Shown one piece after another: positions 36,401 through 51,250 of a DNA stretch of 64,000 nucleotides. A program made the translations under genes and the position numbers. Origin of the DNA: Octopus sinensis. Its lineage: Eukaryota. The notes below the pieces were generated by a model, which was given only the letters and a program-made list of their open reading frames with translations, made no database searches and had not been told where the DNA came from. Within the stretch, counting starts at the first letter, position 1, and the number at the start of each line of letters is the position of its first letter. Where the stretch lies: positions 86,056,001 to 86,120,000 of the forward strand of contig NC_043005.1 of assembly GCF_006345805.1 (NCBI RefSeq), read 5' to 3'.

Positions 36401-37924
36401 CGTGGCCCTTTCTGGGCACGAATTTCTTTCTCCTCTTCATATAAGTTATTTACCTAATACCAACACTATGATCTTAGCTATTGGGCGATGGTTTTATCGA
36501 GCACTTGTTTGGAGAGCGTTTGACGGTTCCTTGAATTCACTAAAGAGACTTTGCCTTCTCCAGGAGGTTCCAGAACCGAAAAAACTTTCTTTCTCTCGGT
36601 CATCGATCACACAGCCCTACTAATTGACTCCAGTACTTCCCCGAACCTTAAACACAAAACACTCGCCCTGTTCAAGAGCCTGGCGATTTCCAAGATTTTT
36701 CGACCAATATATTTGCGTGTCTCTTCATTTTATATGCCATAGTGGACCTGCCATTTTAATGTCGATTCGAATGAAAAAGAAATTAGGAAGATAAAATTTG
36801 GCACATACCACGGAGCATTATATTAACTCAGATTATATTTATGGTCACTAATACACGCCACACGCCATACTTTGTATATATTTTTCATTCATAATTCTAA
36901 CTAAACAGAGAATGGCCTGATAAAATGAAATAAAGGCTAAGACAAATAAAGTAATACACTTTTCATGGAAACCAAATGTCGTTTGTAATAAAATTAGTGA
37001 AGTTGCGCCAAAAAATGCTAATTAAATTAACTAAATATAATTTTTTGGCAACTGTTTTTTAATTATACAACTTAAGACTACAAATAGTTCTCCTTTGTAT
37101 TTTCATAAATATTAGTTATTGATCCTGATTTTTAATTTATATCTGAAATATCAGTCTACTAATTATATGTCGGAGGAAGACAAACGGTTTGTGATATGTA
37201 ACGTCTTTGCAAGAAAACAAAATTTGGCTTGAGTTCGTGGCAGCCTGAAATATTTCAGCTAATTTCGGCATCTCATAGGGAATACATCTGCACGCTTCTT
37301 TTAATCTTGGAGAGGCAATTCAGTCAACATGTCAGTAGATTTGGTTGTTCATTGAGGTAATCTTAAGTGCCATGCACCTGTTTTCAATAATTGTATTCGA
37401 TGTTTGTTTTGCACGGTTCAATATCTATTGTATGTTCGTTATAAAGCATACAACCCGTTAGAGATTGACAGCAGAGCGCAAACTTCTCAAGACATAACGT
37501 GCCTTGTATCTGTTAAAGTTTACCATATTAACAACAAGTAGTTCCTTGTTGTTCCTTTTCAACAAGTTGAAATTGTTATGTAAGCCAGCTGATTTACTAA
37601 CATGCCTTCTGATAGTGGGTGGTGTTAAAATAATGGCAGATATCAGCATTAAGTTAACAAACTCTACATCTACGCAAGCAACTCAAATACTTTTATCACA
37701 GACATAAATACTTTTATCACATACATAAATGCAAATCACTATTTTTAATATTTATATTTCTATGTAACAGACTCATGAGATAAAGGACGGATATGTTTAG
37801 AACTTGATCAAAGAATCAGCCAAACTTCAGACGAGATAAGAAACATTATGTAATTTTCAGTTGGTTCAGAACTATATCGCTATTATTATTATTATTATCA
37901 TCATCATCATCATCATCATCATCG

Positions 37925-37964
<40 letters not shown>

Positions 37965-38347
37965 TATTATTATTATTATTATTGTTTTTGTTGTTATCGG
38001 ACAGTTTCAAGTGTTTGGTGGAAGCATCTACTCTGGCAGTCAGTGCTACTCCGTGCTGAGAGAGAAGAGGTTATCGTTGACATTTCGAAGTGTTGGAAGG
38101 TGAATGAATGCCTGATGTATTTTACTATTTCTGCTGTTAATGTAGTACGTCTTCTATTGCAGTTCATGAATCTGTCAATTTTATTAAGGGCCATGCATCA
38201 TGGGTAGTATGTATAATAGATAATTTTGGTATTCTGTGGAATGTTCTGTTGTGACGTTTGTTGCTTGTAAGAGATGCGTTGATCATGTTACTGTGTTGGA
38301 TGAAGATTGTAAAATATATGCGCTGGAAGAATTGCTATAAAGAACCC

Positions 38348-38690
38348 AGGCACAGGCGCGGCTGTGTGGTTAGAAGCTTGCTTCCCAACCACATGGCTCC
38401 GGGTTCAGTCCTGTTATTTGGCATCTTGAGAAAGTGTGTTCTACTATAATCTGACGCCGACCAGCAAATTGTACGTGGATTTGGTAGATGGAAATCAAAA
38501 GAAAGTCTCTCGTATACATATGTGTGTGTCCGTGTTAGTGTGTTGTTGTGTGTGTTTTGTCTGATGTGTGTGTGTGTCTGTGTGTGTGTCTGTGTGTGTG
38601 TCTTTGTTCCACACCAACGTTTGACAACCGGTGTTAGTGTGTTTCCGTTCACGTAACTTAGTGGTTTAGTGGTTCGGTAACAGAATGCAG
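38348..38690 (+). mobile_element. SINE family C copy
   Basis: AGGCACAGGCGCGGCTGTGTGGTTAGAAGCTTGCTTCCCAACCACATGG...GGGTTCAGTCC...TTGACAACCGGTGTTAGTGTG. Confidence 0.78.
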
Positions 38691-39777
38691 GAGTAAATGT
38701 CCGATCGAGCGGAGTATCAGCTGAATCGGTGTTTCGATTATTGCACCGCGATACCAGGGATTTTCCAGGCCACATACCAGCTTAAGTGATAAAAAGTCCT
38801 AACAACAGCACTAAGCTTCTTGAAGCAGATATTTCGACTCTGAGACAGAGATTGTTTCCTGTGCCACTCATCTTCTCCCTCTTGCGCCAGAAATGATGGC
38901 TTTGTTTCTCAGTAGCTTTTGAAAGTTTCTTTCTTTCCCCCACAGCTACTCCAAAACTCCAATGTAGTGACAGACCCTATCGTTTAACGATTTCAGTTAA
39001 CGAATTCTAGAAAGTTATGAACATGGCGTTAACGATAATATGAACGAAAACTGAAGCGGTGAATGCTGATTAAAGAACTTTACATTTAAGAAAAGATCCT
39101 TTCAATTTTATTGTCTAATTCTTTCAGCATCAACTCTATTGTATGTCAAAATTTGTCATCACCTCTGTCATAATTTATTAAAGGAAATTTAGTTGAATTT
39201 TAGAACAGCAAATAAATATGTCAGTTAACTGGCAGAGCACCATGAATAGATATTTTCGAAAATTCTATATTATGTGGTCTAATTAATATTGATTTTTAAG
39301 TTTTTTTATTAAAGTTTTTTTATTTATACCATCATCAAGTTCACGTCTGTATATTCATATATTGATAAACTTATATTTGCATGCATACGCGTATACATAT
39401 ACATACATATATATATTTATGCACACACACACAAACATAAAACGTAATGATGCTATAAGAACAGAATGGATGGAATCCCATTCATTTACTTACAGCTGTT
39501 TCTGCTCTTAGTAAAAGTGTAAATTTGTGTGTAGAGATGGCAAAGGAAAACCACTCTATTAATCATCTCGAATCTGGTCATGGTAGCTGAAGTTCCAGTA
39601 ATCTACAAAAAGGCAGACCTCCTCCCAGGTCGTATAAATGATACTGGAGAAAGTTCACATGTACAGGACCTACAAAAGGGCAGAAAACCACTTGGCTACA
39701 GATATAATATACATATCAACATATATTTATATGTATGTATGTATGTGTATACGTATATAAATGTATATATTCAATAT

Positions 39778-39839
<62 letters not shown>

Positions 39840-39858
39840 TATATATAATATATATATA

Positions 39859-39926
<68 letters not shown>

Positions 39927-41001
39927 ATAGATATATATATACGTACATACATATGGTAGAAAATATTCTAGCGGGGAAAGACGCGCGGTGGATATATATA
40001 TGAGAAAGAGAGAAAGAGAGAAAACATAAGATGAAACTCACAGAAGCTTTGTTTGTTTTACAGGATTTAAGGGGATTATAAATATATACAATTTTGTACA
40101 AAATAAGGTTTTATTCTTTCAACATAATTGAAGTAAGGACCTGTTTCGCTTTGCTCATCAAGCTGAGAGTTGTAAAAGATATATTGCTAGGAAGGAAAAA
40201 TATATATTGTTAGGGGAGATAATTGTTCACTCATTTATTTTGCAATTAAAATCTGTAATTTTAATTAAAATCTGTAATTTTAATTTTTTTTTTTGTTTTT
40301 TAGTTGCATACATATATACCTACATATTCAAATGTGTCTGTGTGTAATATATATGCATATATATATACTAACAATTATGATTATAATATTTTCAAAGTTA
40401 TGCAATCGTGAATAAATATGCTTGATGGTTCCAAATTTGCGTTGACCTCGCGTTTTCAACCTCCATATTTTTGAGCAACACTTGTAAAACTAAAGCGAAA
40501 GTCATCGATCTGAAATCCTGTTACTTGAATTGCTGTTGATTCTCTTACACTTGTTCTCTTTGTTGTTGTTCTTCTGTGTCATACATCATTATAAAATATG
40601 GATGTCTGCATATGCTGTTCCCTTTCTCTAAGTACGCATCTCTTCTTGCTCGAGCCGAATAACTTATCTTATTTCTATCTTCTTTCATTCTGTCCAGTTC
40701 TTCCAGTTATCGTTAATATTGTTGTTATTGGTGATGTTGTTGATATTGTAATTTTCAATTTTCAGTCTAGCTTTACAGCGAATTAAGATGGCCGAATCGA
40801 TAGCATATCAGAAAGCCATCTGAAACCTTTCTAGAGCACATATATCGTTTTCCCACTTCTACACCGTGTTTATAAGAAGATATTCAACGCTGAATGCTTA
40901 AATCTTTTTAGTTACTTGTACATAGTATTACTGATAGAATTCGCAACTGCAAGTAGTGGCCATATCTCTACATCTGATATAAAACTTGTTACTGTTGCTG
41001 T

Positions 41002-41376
41002 TGCTGTTGTGCGAACGGTCTTCGTCCCAGAGCTCGCAAGACGGGAGAAGTCCAAAACGTGGTCCTTTGCTATTCGTAACACCCGCAAAAGAGAAAGCAG
41101 GTCAACCCCCGACACCGAGAGCATCGACGGATGGATGAATGCGCATCCAGACTCAGCGGTTGCATAGGAAGTCGGGGACAAGAAACAGGAAGAAAGAGTG
41201 AGAGAAAGTTGGAGCGAAAGAGTTCAACAGGGGTCGCCACCACCCCCTGTCGGATCCTCGGGGAGCTTTAGGTGTTTTCGCTCAATAAACACACACAACG
41301 CCTGATCTGGGAATCGAAACTACGATCCTCCGACCGCGAGTCCGCTGCCCTAACCACTGGGCCATTGCGCCTCCAC
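41002..41376 (-). mobile_element. SINE family B (tRNA-Arg-like head) with 13-bp TSD
   Basis: Head TGGAGGCGCAATGGCCCAGTGGTTAGGGCAGCGGACTCGCGG...TTCGATTCCC; TSD TTACTGTTGCTGT at 40989-41001 and 41377-41389. Confidence 0.87.
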
Positions 41377-42144
41377 TTACTGTTGCTGTCTCACAAGTTC
41401 TGACTTGTTGCAGTACGAAGTGCAATCTTCAGTTAGAGATAACTTGAGCTATGAAGCATTATGGTTAATACAGTCATTAAGCTTGTGCTTCAAGAATTTT
41501 TATTCAATTCGGAATATTTTGTACGTCGTAAATGCTGTTCCAATGCAACCAGAAAAGATGTGCAAAATGGCTCTCCTGCATTTTCCTAACTTGTACTCTC
41601 CACTTGAATTTTAGAAATAATTTCGGAAAATTAGAATTTTGTAACAGATTTCATTCCTTAATCTGAGATTTAACGTTTTATAGTTCAGTTTAATTTAATT
41701 TCTATTATCTGCCCCAGTAACACCCACCGTCCTCATTCGTTTGATTTCCTACTTTATTCATAACGTATATACACACATATACATCCATACCCACCCAGAT
41801 ATCCATGGTGTATATATGTGCGTGCCTGCCTCTCTCTCTCTCTCTCTCTCAATCTTTTCCTCTTTCTCTCTTTACACTCACACATACACACACACACAGT
41901 TATTATCGTTCCTCGCATCAATGTCTTCGTTACCATCATAATCATATTCGTCGTCATCATCATCATCATCATCACCACCACCACCACCACCACCATCTTC
42001 ATCATTACCATCATTGTAATCATTATTATCTTCATCTTAAACGTCACCTTTCTGATATATTTGCAGTGTCCCACCATGGCCGCTGTCTAATGAGTACCTA
42101 CTCACATAGAAGAAGAAAAAGGAAGAAAAAGGAAGAAAAAGGAA

Positions 42145-42500
42145 GCAACACACACACACACACAAGCACACGCACGTACACATGCATACACTCATACACA
42201 CTCACACACACATACACACACATGCACACACACTCGGTCACACACGCTCACACACGTACACATGCACACACACACACACACAGTCACACACTCACACACA
42301 TACATACACATACACAGTCACACACACTCACACACACATACACACACACGCACACACACTCAGTCACACACGCTCACACACACATACACACACACGCACA
42401 CACACTCAGTCACACACGCTCACACACATACAGATGCACACACACCCACACACACTCACACATACATCACATACACACACACACACACGCACACACACTA
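42145..42500. repeat. Degenerate (CA)n tract
   Basis: Direct inspection; His/Thr-rich ORFs are artefacts. Confidence 0.9.
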
Positions 42501-43022
42501 TACAATTCATTTCCTTCTAATTTGATCATCTTTTAGTTTACATTAATTAACTTTTAATTTATGTGAAGCTTACAGATAATTTTGCCATTTTTGATGTTAG
42601 TTTCGCCATACGTTTCTTTTGAAGTGCCGAACAATGGGTTTTTGGGAAGTGACTGCATATTGGTATGGAATCACGCAAAAGAGACAAACGCAATTAGGGA
42701 GCTCATGGTGGAACAGATTGTTAAACAATAGCTACCATCATTAAATTGGTCATCTTCATCATAATCCGCTTGGAGCTAATTATCTTCTCCGCCGCCACCA
42801 CCACAACCACCACCACCATCATTATCATCATAATCATCATCACCATCATCGTAATCATCATCGTCGTCATCATCATCATCATCATCATCACCACCACCGA
42901 TGTTGCTGCTACTACTCTTCATGTTGTTCTTGCCGTCGTTTTTGTTGTTGTTATTGTTGTTGTTGTTATTCTTCTTCTTTTTCGTCTTCTTCCTTATATC
43001 ATTATTATTATTATTATTATTA

Positions 43023-43110
<88 letters not shown>

Positions 43111-45039
43111 CAGTAGTAGTAGTAGTAGTAGTAGTAGTTTCGGATTATCCTTCTGGTTGCCTTTAGCAGAGATATTAACTTTTTATTCTTATCGTTGATA
43201 TTGTCACTCGTTTAATGCTCGTCACTGTCTTTCCTTCTTCTCTACCTCGTCTTCTTTCTCACTGATTCCATCTTTATCATCATCAACAACTTTTCCATTA
43301 TCATCTTCCTCTTATCGTCATCAATATTAAGTTTACTCTCACCATCTTGGCAATCGTCGACGTTTTCGTCATTACCGTCGTCCTCATCATAATCATCATC
43401 ATCATCTTCATCATACCCTTCAACATCATCACCTTCATCGTCGCCATTACCTTCACCTTCCCCATCTGAAGTATGTTTATCACCAGCGACCTTCAAGCTG
43501 CTTTCTCTCACATCAACTTTAAACTCAGGTTCGAAGTACCTGCAACTGACTTATTCTTTTCTACAATTTTAGGAAACATCGCCAAATCACAAGGTACCCC
43601 CGTTTCTTTAACTACCTACAACTCACTTATTCTTTCCTAAAATGTTAGGAAATATCGCCATATTACAAGTTACCCCCGTCTCTTTGATCTAGTAAATTAA
43701 TCGGAACTGATATTGGTCTTCAAATTGAAGTAGTTACTTCTATTCTCTCCAAACGCTTCAAACTCTTTCTATTTCACCTATTTTGTCTTTATAATTATCA
43801 TCTCCCCTCTCTGTTCCTCCCTTTCCAAGGCTATCCACAAGTTTGAGATACACTCTTTATACTTCATATATCATTTACAAAACAGGTTATACTTTCACAT
43901 TCAAACTTATCGTTCCTATTCACACATGTCCCGGATCTCAAAGTTAATGGATAAAACCATTAACGACCTTTCTAAACAGCCAGAAAATATCTCCTTTTCC
44001 ACACCAAATGCATAGATTTCCTAAAACTTGATAAACCACAAAACTTTCCCTCAAGACTATTTGTATCAAAATCCTTTTCTCTATCTTTCGGCAAAAGTTT
44101 CCAACGTATCACGGCCACAATCTCCCGTAAAAGATTCCTACGAACTCTCTCTTTCTCTCTCCATTCTTGATTCAATTCTTCCCTGTAACGCACTATTGTC
44201 GCGATGTATACCAATACCAATCTCTGTGGTCAGCAGTCTGCTTTGCCTTCACTCAGTACCTAGAATATCGCATTAAATACTAGTCTTACTAACACTGATG
44301 GTTTTTGCGGCAGCGCATGTCCTCATCATAGCAATCACTATAGAAACCACGAACCTTTTCTTTTCATTTACTAGAAAAAACCCGCTCCCAATAAGCTATA
44401 GAATTCGGGCTAAACCTTGAATGCAGTATGGCCCCATATATAAAATACTGCAGCTGCAGTATTCATGTGTATCCCAGAGCACATCTGAAGAAAGTATAAG
44501 CCACAAATTGATTTAAATATATCTCACACCCACCCTATCATTTCTCGATATCCAATGTATTTTTTCTATCAGATAACATTATCAAAGCATTTGGCGATAG
44601 CGCTCTCGCCTCTCGTTTATCTCTTGCTCTTCAGATTAATGACGGCTGGTCGTGTGCGATTTCCTTCCAAGCATTCTTAGCTCAGACCTATTTTCTTCTC
44701 TCTTCCCTCATACTGTCCACATTACACCCATGCCATAGACTAGCCACAACCCACAGTTATTCTCTCTGAAATTATTTCAATGCGTATGTTTTTCATGTAG
44801 CCGTTTATTTCCAGTAATTCAATAAGAAGTTTGATGGCATCAGTCACGCCGCTATGCTACGGCATGTTAAGGACCAGGTCACTTGCTCTTTTTGTGGATC
44901 GAATAAAAGTAAATTCAGGAATGATTAAGTATATTAAAAAGTAGTAATAGAGAAAATTTATAAAATACTTATAAAAGAAACAAACATCAGCAGCGGAGCT
45001 AAACCGAATCACCAGCATTTATAAGCAGCAGCTTCCGGA

Positions 45040-45130
45040 GTGGAGGCGCAATGGTTCAGTGGTTAGGGCAGTGGACTCGCAGTCGTAAGAACGCGGTTTC
45101 GATTCTCAGACCGGGCATTGTGAGTGGTGG
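45040..45130 (+). mobile_element. SINE family B head fragment
   Basis: GTGGAGGCGCAATGGTTCAGTGGTTAGGGCAGTGGACTCGCAG...TTCGATTCTCAGACCGGG. Confidence 0.75.
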
Positions 45131-45755
45131 GTGAATCTTCAAGTTGCCACACGCATTCTTAGCAGCTTAGAGTAGGCTCGAATCAGAGATTATTCTTTGT
45201 GGCTAATGGCGTGAGTTCTGAATGGAAGAAGAAGAAGAAGAAGAAGCATCCGGAGAGTACGATGGTTAATTTAGCTCTCTTAGAAAGTCAATTAATTAAT
45301 TCCCGGTCTGGGAATCGAAACCACAATCTTGAGGTCGTGAGTATAACACTCGAACCACTAACCCACGAGTTTTCACTTCAACAACTTAATTACTTCGAAA
45401 ACAAAAGAAAAACATAACAAGGAATATATTTCGTTGTTTGTTGAGTTCATCTTTGCAAAATAAAATACGGTTGTTTTAAATAGAGAGAAAGAACCCGGCC
45501 GCAAATAGAGGATTACAGTAAAAAACAAAACAAAACAACACAAAAACAAGAGAAAGCTATCGAGAGAAAAGCAAATGGAAGTTAATTAGTATAAAGTAAT
45601 AGGAAACAATAAAAAATATTCATCTTTTGTCTTTGTATTAATAAATATGAACAACAGGGAAGCATTCATAGTAAAGATGTAGGTTTACTTAACGGGGAAA
45701 AACCAGCAGGAAATAAAAATAGATATAATTAACGTGTAATATAATAATATAATAT

Positions 45756-45833
<78 letters not shown>

Positions 45834-46513
45834 GATGTGTGATTCGAAAATATAACTGAGAATGTAAAGGAAAACACTTATGGAAAACTACCTGTCGGTA
45901 GTTAATAACCTATTAGAGCAGGCAGAACGGAATTGAGCCAATATGAGCGGTAACAATGAGTGAAAAGATTTCTAATTAAGGTAAAAGTAGGAATAGTCGC
46001 CATTTGCTGCTCAAGAAGATCAATGTTTGCAAACAAAGAAACAACAACAACAACAACAACGACAACCACAGCAGAAAAAAAAAGCGAAGATTAAATTAGC
46101 TTCTGTTGATGTTAGTCAAGAGAATGTATTATCATTATAAGAATAATTTGGTCACGTGATTTCTGGTTATGTTTTTCCATTGAAGAAAAATAGAATGTTT
46201 CCGGCAAAAGATGTAATTGTTAAATGGCAACCGTACAATGCGTCATATATGTGCACACTTAATACAGCAAGAATAAAGGTTACTTTTATAAGCGTTTTCA
46301 AATTCAGCTCTATGATATCGACGTGGTATTAACATCATCATCATCATCATCATCATCATAATAATAATAATAATAATAATGATGCTGATGCTGATGATGA
46401 TGATGATAATGTTGATGATGATAATGTTGATGATGATGATGATGATGATGATGAAAGTAATTATAATGATTGTGATGTTAATGATGATGATGATGATGAT
46501 GACAACGATGATG

Positions 46514-49500
46514 ATTTCATTTATTTGCCCCAAGGGTGCAGGATTACGGGGACAATAGAAAGACAGACATAAAGTGTGGGGGTTTACATATAATGAAATG
46601 ACAAAAAAATGAAAGAAAGAAAGAAAATAAGCTTACACAGTAAACACTGAAAAAGAAAGGTCATATGTATATAATAGACAGAGGTTCAAAAAGAGTGTCG
46701 GGGAGGATGTGGCCCTCCTGATACAGGAACGCCTCTAGGGATAATCTAGGAACCCCACCCTCTCAGATTTCTCTGAAACCCAAGAGCAATTGCCCTCTCC
46801 AATTCCTTCTCTCTGACTCACAGGTCTACACTTAGTGAGGTACCACCCACACTTGCCATTTTAACAACTTTCCCCTACCATTCAATAAACTCACTCGAGG
46901 GCAGCACTTATATCTCCACTCTCAATTTCCTCTTCAAGTAAAACTTGAAGAAGTTAATGAAAGCTCTGCCAAAGAGGAATGTATCTGTCCTCATGCATTT
47001 CAGCCTTGTCCAACAAATAGTCTCTTTCGCCACAGCCACCAGGCAAAGGAAACTACATTGCCAGCCCGATAGAAAGAAGGTGCCGATGCGATCATCAGTA
47101 CAGACTCGGCCGACAGAGGGATCCATCCCACCCATAATAGCAGCTGTTCGACATAACCACACAATTCAGCACTGACCGGACACTGAACGAGGGCGTGCAG
47201 AACGGTTTCATCGCTCTGCGTGCACCTCGGATAAGCCCGTCTGACAGCACATCCGTACCTGTAGGATTTATCTCAAACCGGTAGCGTCCCGCGGTAGCAT
47301 TTCCAGGCCAAGATCTGGAAATTGTACATGATAGTTCCCAACCGGAAAGTCTTCCAGTACAGACTAGCCAGTTCATTCTCGCCAGTGCCCAGAGTCTCTC
47401 CGAGAACGTCGTCACACTTACCTGCCACTAATCCCCTAAAGCGGAGTACCCACCGATCCCATTGTCCGACTGGTACAGGGCTGTGAGCGCCTGACGACAT
47501 TCAAGGTGCCAGGCGCTTAGTCTCCATCTTTTCTTCACCCAGGATTGCAGCTCCGTCAAGGAGACTAGTTGCGGAAAGACGAGCCTCAGAAACGGGGTCC
47601 ACACACCCTCACCGTCCAGAAATCGTCGCGGGTGGCGTAACTTAATGGTGTGTCTGCGCATTAGGTGCCACAGCATACCTACCCCGCCACTCAGAGGATG
47701 CTGGTTACGAATTGACCGCCTGATTATTGGAACGCATCCTTCTATAATTTAAATTAGGCGCTCCGACTTGGTCAAACTGTAACCGGGGCAAAGCACGACG
47801 GTAAGGCGATAAATGATAACTGAGGCGATGGAAGCATTCAGCACATTAGTCCGACCTTTAGGCGACAGTTTCCTCTCAGCTCATTTCTGGGTAAGACTAG
47901 CCACCCTGTTCGCGCACCTCGTCCTATTTTTTTTATCAACCTAGGGGTCGGGACCAAACCAGATCCCGAGAAGTTTAACTGGTCCGTCGGTCCAGCGTCA
48001 TCCGGTGGCATCGTCCTTCCTCTCCAGGAGCCCAACCACAAATCCACCGCTTTGTCGGCGTTGTTTTTAGCCCCTACAACAGTCTCATTTTCCTTTAGGA
48101 TTTTGCTGACCGTCTCCACTTGGGAGGTGTCCGATACCATGAAGGTGGCGTCATCCGCGTCTGCCCACACCACTCTTCCATGCCCCTGTTCGAAAGGAGG
48201 ACCCTCAATTGTTCCTACTTACACAGTTTCCGCTCGCCTGACAATACATACAGAAGAGGCGACAGCGAGCAGCACTGACGGACCGAGCGTGCGCTGCCAA
48301 ACGGCTCCGGTAGGTGGCCGTCTTCTTTCACCACTGAATAGGTGTCACTGTGCATTGCAGCGACTCAGCCTCTGAAAACGTGTCCGAAATCGTCTGCTGT
48401 CGGGACGGCTTCCAAGTAGAGATGGTTGATCCTATCGAATGCTTTTGATTGATCCAAATTGATTAGAGCACCCCCGAAGCCAGCTTTGGTCCAAGCCCTC
48501 TCTATGATATATCGCATAAGGTGAAGGTTGCTGTGGATAGACCTGTTCTAGACTGCACACGTTTGCGTTTCTCTGACCAGGCTACCGACGACAAGCGCCA
48601 GCCTTTTCGCTAAAACCTTGGCCAAAATCTCAAACTCTGTCTTTAGCAGAGTTATGGGCAAAACATTTTCTAGTACGTGCCCTTTGTCAGAGTATTGCCT
48701 CCGCAGTGTCACCACACCTCTGCCAACAGCACTAGGAATTCTCCCGTTCTGCTGGCAGTTGCGGTAAATGTTTGCCAAGAGGTCGCCAATCAAATCTTGC
48801 ATGAATACATAAAATATCGAGTAAACCGTCCAAACCGGGCAATCTGGGACTTGTTTGAGCGCATGGGCGGTAGTTCTGACAACGCAACCTTCGTATTTCG
48901 CTTTGAAGAAATTGTCAAGTGTCATTCTAACCTCTGTCACAACGGTCGGAATGCCCTTTTTAATCTCCTCTTTTAATTTGCTAACTAGTCTACTCTTCAA
49001 TTTATTTCTATTGCGTACTCTTTGCTAAATGCCATCGATTCTGCTCTAATCGCCCTCTCCAGGGTGGCCCACCACCGGTTGTTGACGATTGCCCCCATCA
49101 ACTACCACTTACCTAGTTCACTAACCCGGTCCATGTAATCTTTGTGTGCAGGAAAGGACTCGTCTAACTTCCAGCAACCGGGTCCCTGTGTACGGGTCCT
49201 ATCTAGCTCAACTGTGCAGATCACAAACTTATGATCTGTGTAACCGACCAACTTAAATTCAGAACAGCCTACACTATCCCTCTCCTCTGACCTAACAAAG
49301 ATTCTATCTAGATACGATCTAGATGATCAATTGCAGTTACTCGTGTTCACACTGGCACGTCAGAAAAATCCAGTCGGTACCTATCAGACAACTGGATGTC
49401 TCTGAGTAGGTTTTTCGAGGCTTTTGCATCCCTTTCATCTGTGTACTAAACGCACACGGTCCTTCCGGGTGTTAAAAATCGCATTCCGGTCCCCTACTAG

Positions 49501-51250
49501 TACTAAACTGCGAGACTTTCCCAGGAATATTCTAGACGCCTGAAGAATTCTGACCTTTCAACCCCTGTCGGGGCATAGACGAACACCGGTCTAAAGGTAC
49601 CACCGTCGCTGTCATTCACATCTAGGACCACCAACCTACCACCCGGGTCCAGGAAGATTGCCTTTACTTCGAGATCTAAGGATTTGGAGAATAACACTGC
49701 TATGCCGCCATCTGCTCCCGATAGACCGCATGATAAGAATATATCATAGTCATAGAAAATGGCGGCTAGTGCTTGTGCACTAGAAATCCTTGTCTCGCTA
49801 ATTGCAGCCACATGTACATCGAACGTCCTGAGATCGTTTAGCAATTGACCTTGCTTCCAAGCTGAGCTCAGGCCACGAACATCCACACATCCCACTCTGA
49901 AAACGATCTGAAAAACTAAATGGAAAATAGTCACTTACTTCGGATTTTGGGAGAGTCGGCTGACTCGGCTGCCTCGTCCGACTCATTATCATTAATGAAG
50001 GGCCTTCCTAAATTCCAGCTTTAATCTAAGAGATCCAAAGTCGTTTTGGTTCTAGGAATGTGTTTGTATCAGTTTTATCAGATGTCTGTCATGGGGTGCT
50101 TTCGACAGAAGTTTGTCGAACCTTACTCGTTTGTATCAGCTTGCTGTTGCTCTTGCGAACGACTATGATGTCGATGATGCATTCGGATTCTCTAGTAAGT
50201 TGTACGAGTTATTCTTGTGACTGGTGTTTCTCTTCGTGTATTTGATTCTGTTTTTGGCGATTTTTGTAGTTGTGACCATGGTTGAATGAGTGTGCATTGC
50301 TTTTGTTGTTGGGTTTTGGATGGATGTGTCGGTGCTGTTGTTAGTGTAGCCTATGGATCACGTGAATTTTCCTCGTCCTGTTTTTTTACTTTCAGCTTAG
50401 GACCGCTTTTTCTTAACTATTTTCCCGCTTTTCCCTAACACCAATCTTTCTTGAAACATTCAATTGCTCCTTGTCGCATGAAAAGGCTTCTGAACCGCCA
50501 ATGTTGGCATCGCTCGGTGTATCTGTGTCACCAGTCTTTAGGGATGGTCCTATGCTTATGTCACTACTGTGATATAAGCATAGGACCATTCTAACCTCTA
50601 CTCCAAGTTATTCTTCCTTGATCTTCCGGCCCCTTGGAATTCCTTCCCAGGATGTTTCTCTTCACCTCACTTGCCACAATTCAAGTGGAAATTCAGTTAC
50701 ATTAACATCCTGAATCATGAAGTGCAAACATAAAACTCGAGTCTTCGAGAGACTTCTCCTTTGATTTCAATCTACCTGTTGTAGCGCTCCAGACACTTTG
50801 TGATGGCCCCATTGAATTCCCCCAAGTTGTAGGTATCTGGGGCCTATGTCACAGCCTCCCTCGCTTTCTCGTTCAGCTTGGAGAACAATCACAGCTCACA
50901 GGGACTTTAGGGTTGGAGGTAGGTTGAGGTGGTGTTTTGATACCTGTATCTATCAAGTAGTTTGTTTCCAAAATGGAATTTTGAACTGGAGTTTTGGCTT
51001 GGGTTGGGTGCACCGGACTTTTGCGACGAAATCTATTCCTGAACTATCTAAAAACTTCCACAAAATTTCTTTGTTGAGTGTCTGGCGAGAAGAAACCCAA
51101 TGGATGTAGGTGATGTCCTTAATATCGCCATTAACTTCTCGTTCGATTTGCTTTGCCTGACTCCTTGTGCCAGTGAAAAACAAATGCATGACTATACCAA
51201 AAGAGTGAGATATAGCCAATGGTCAAATGTCGTTTGGGTCACCTCTTCTC
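46514..51250 (-). mobile_element. Decayed, roughly full-length Tx1-like LINE, family 2
   Basis: Fragmented endonuclease (VGCVDVRGL...ISETR...DPGGRLV...VYAP) and RT (LPITLLKTEFEILAKVLAKRL, LDQSKAFDR, ADADD); probable ORF1 remnants 50000-51250; 5' limit uncertain. Confidence 0.85.

Noticed and set aside
41290-41376. Genuine tRNA-Arg gene (also at 10134, 45040 and 53090)
   Set aside because: The tRNA-like head continues into a SINE body and tail with a TSD, and the acceptor stem is not intact.
43540-44400. Possible old LINE fragment with a ~75-bp tandem duplication
   Set aside because: Too decayed to assign a clade from sequence alone.
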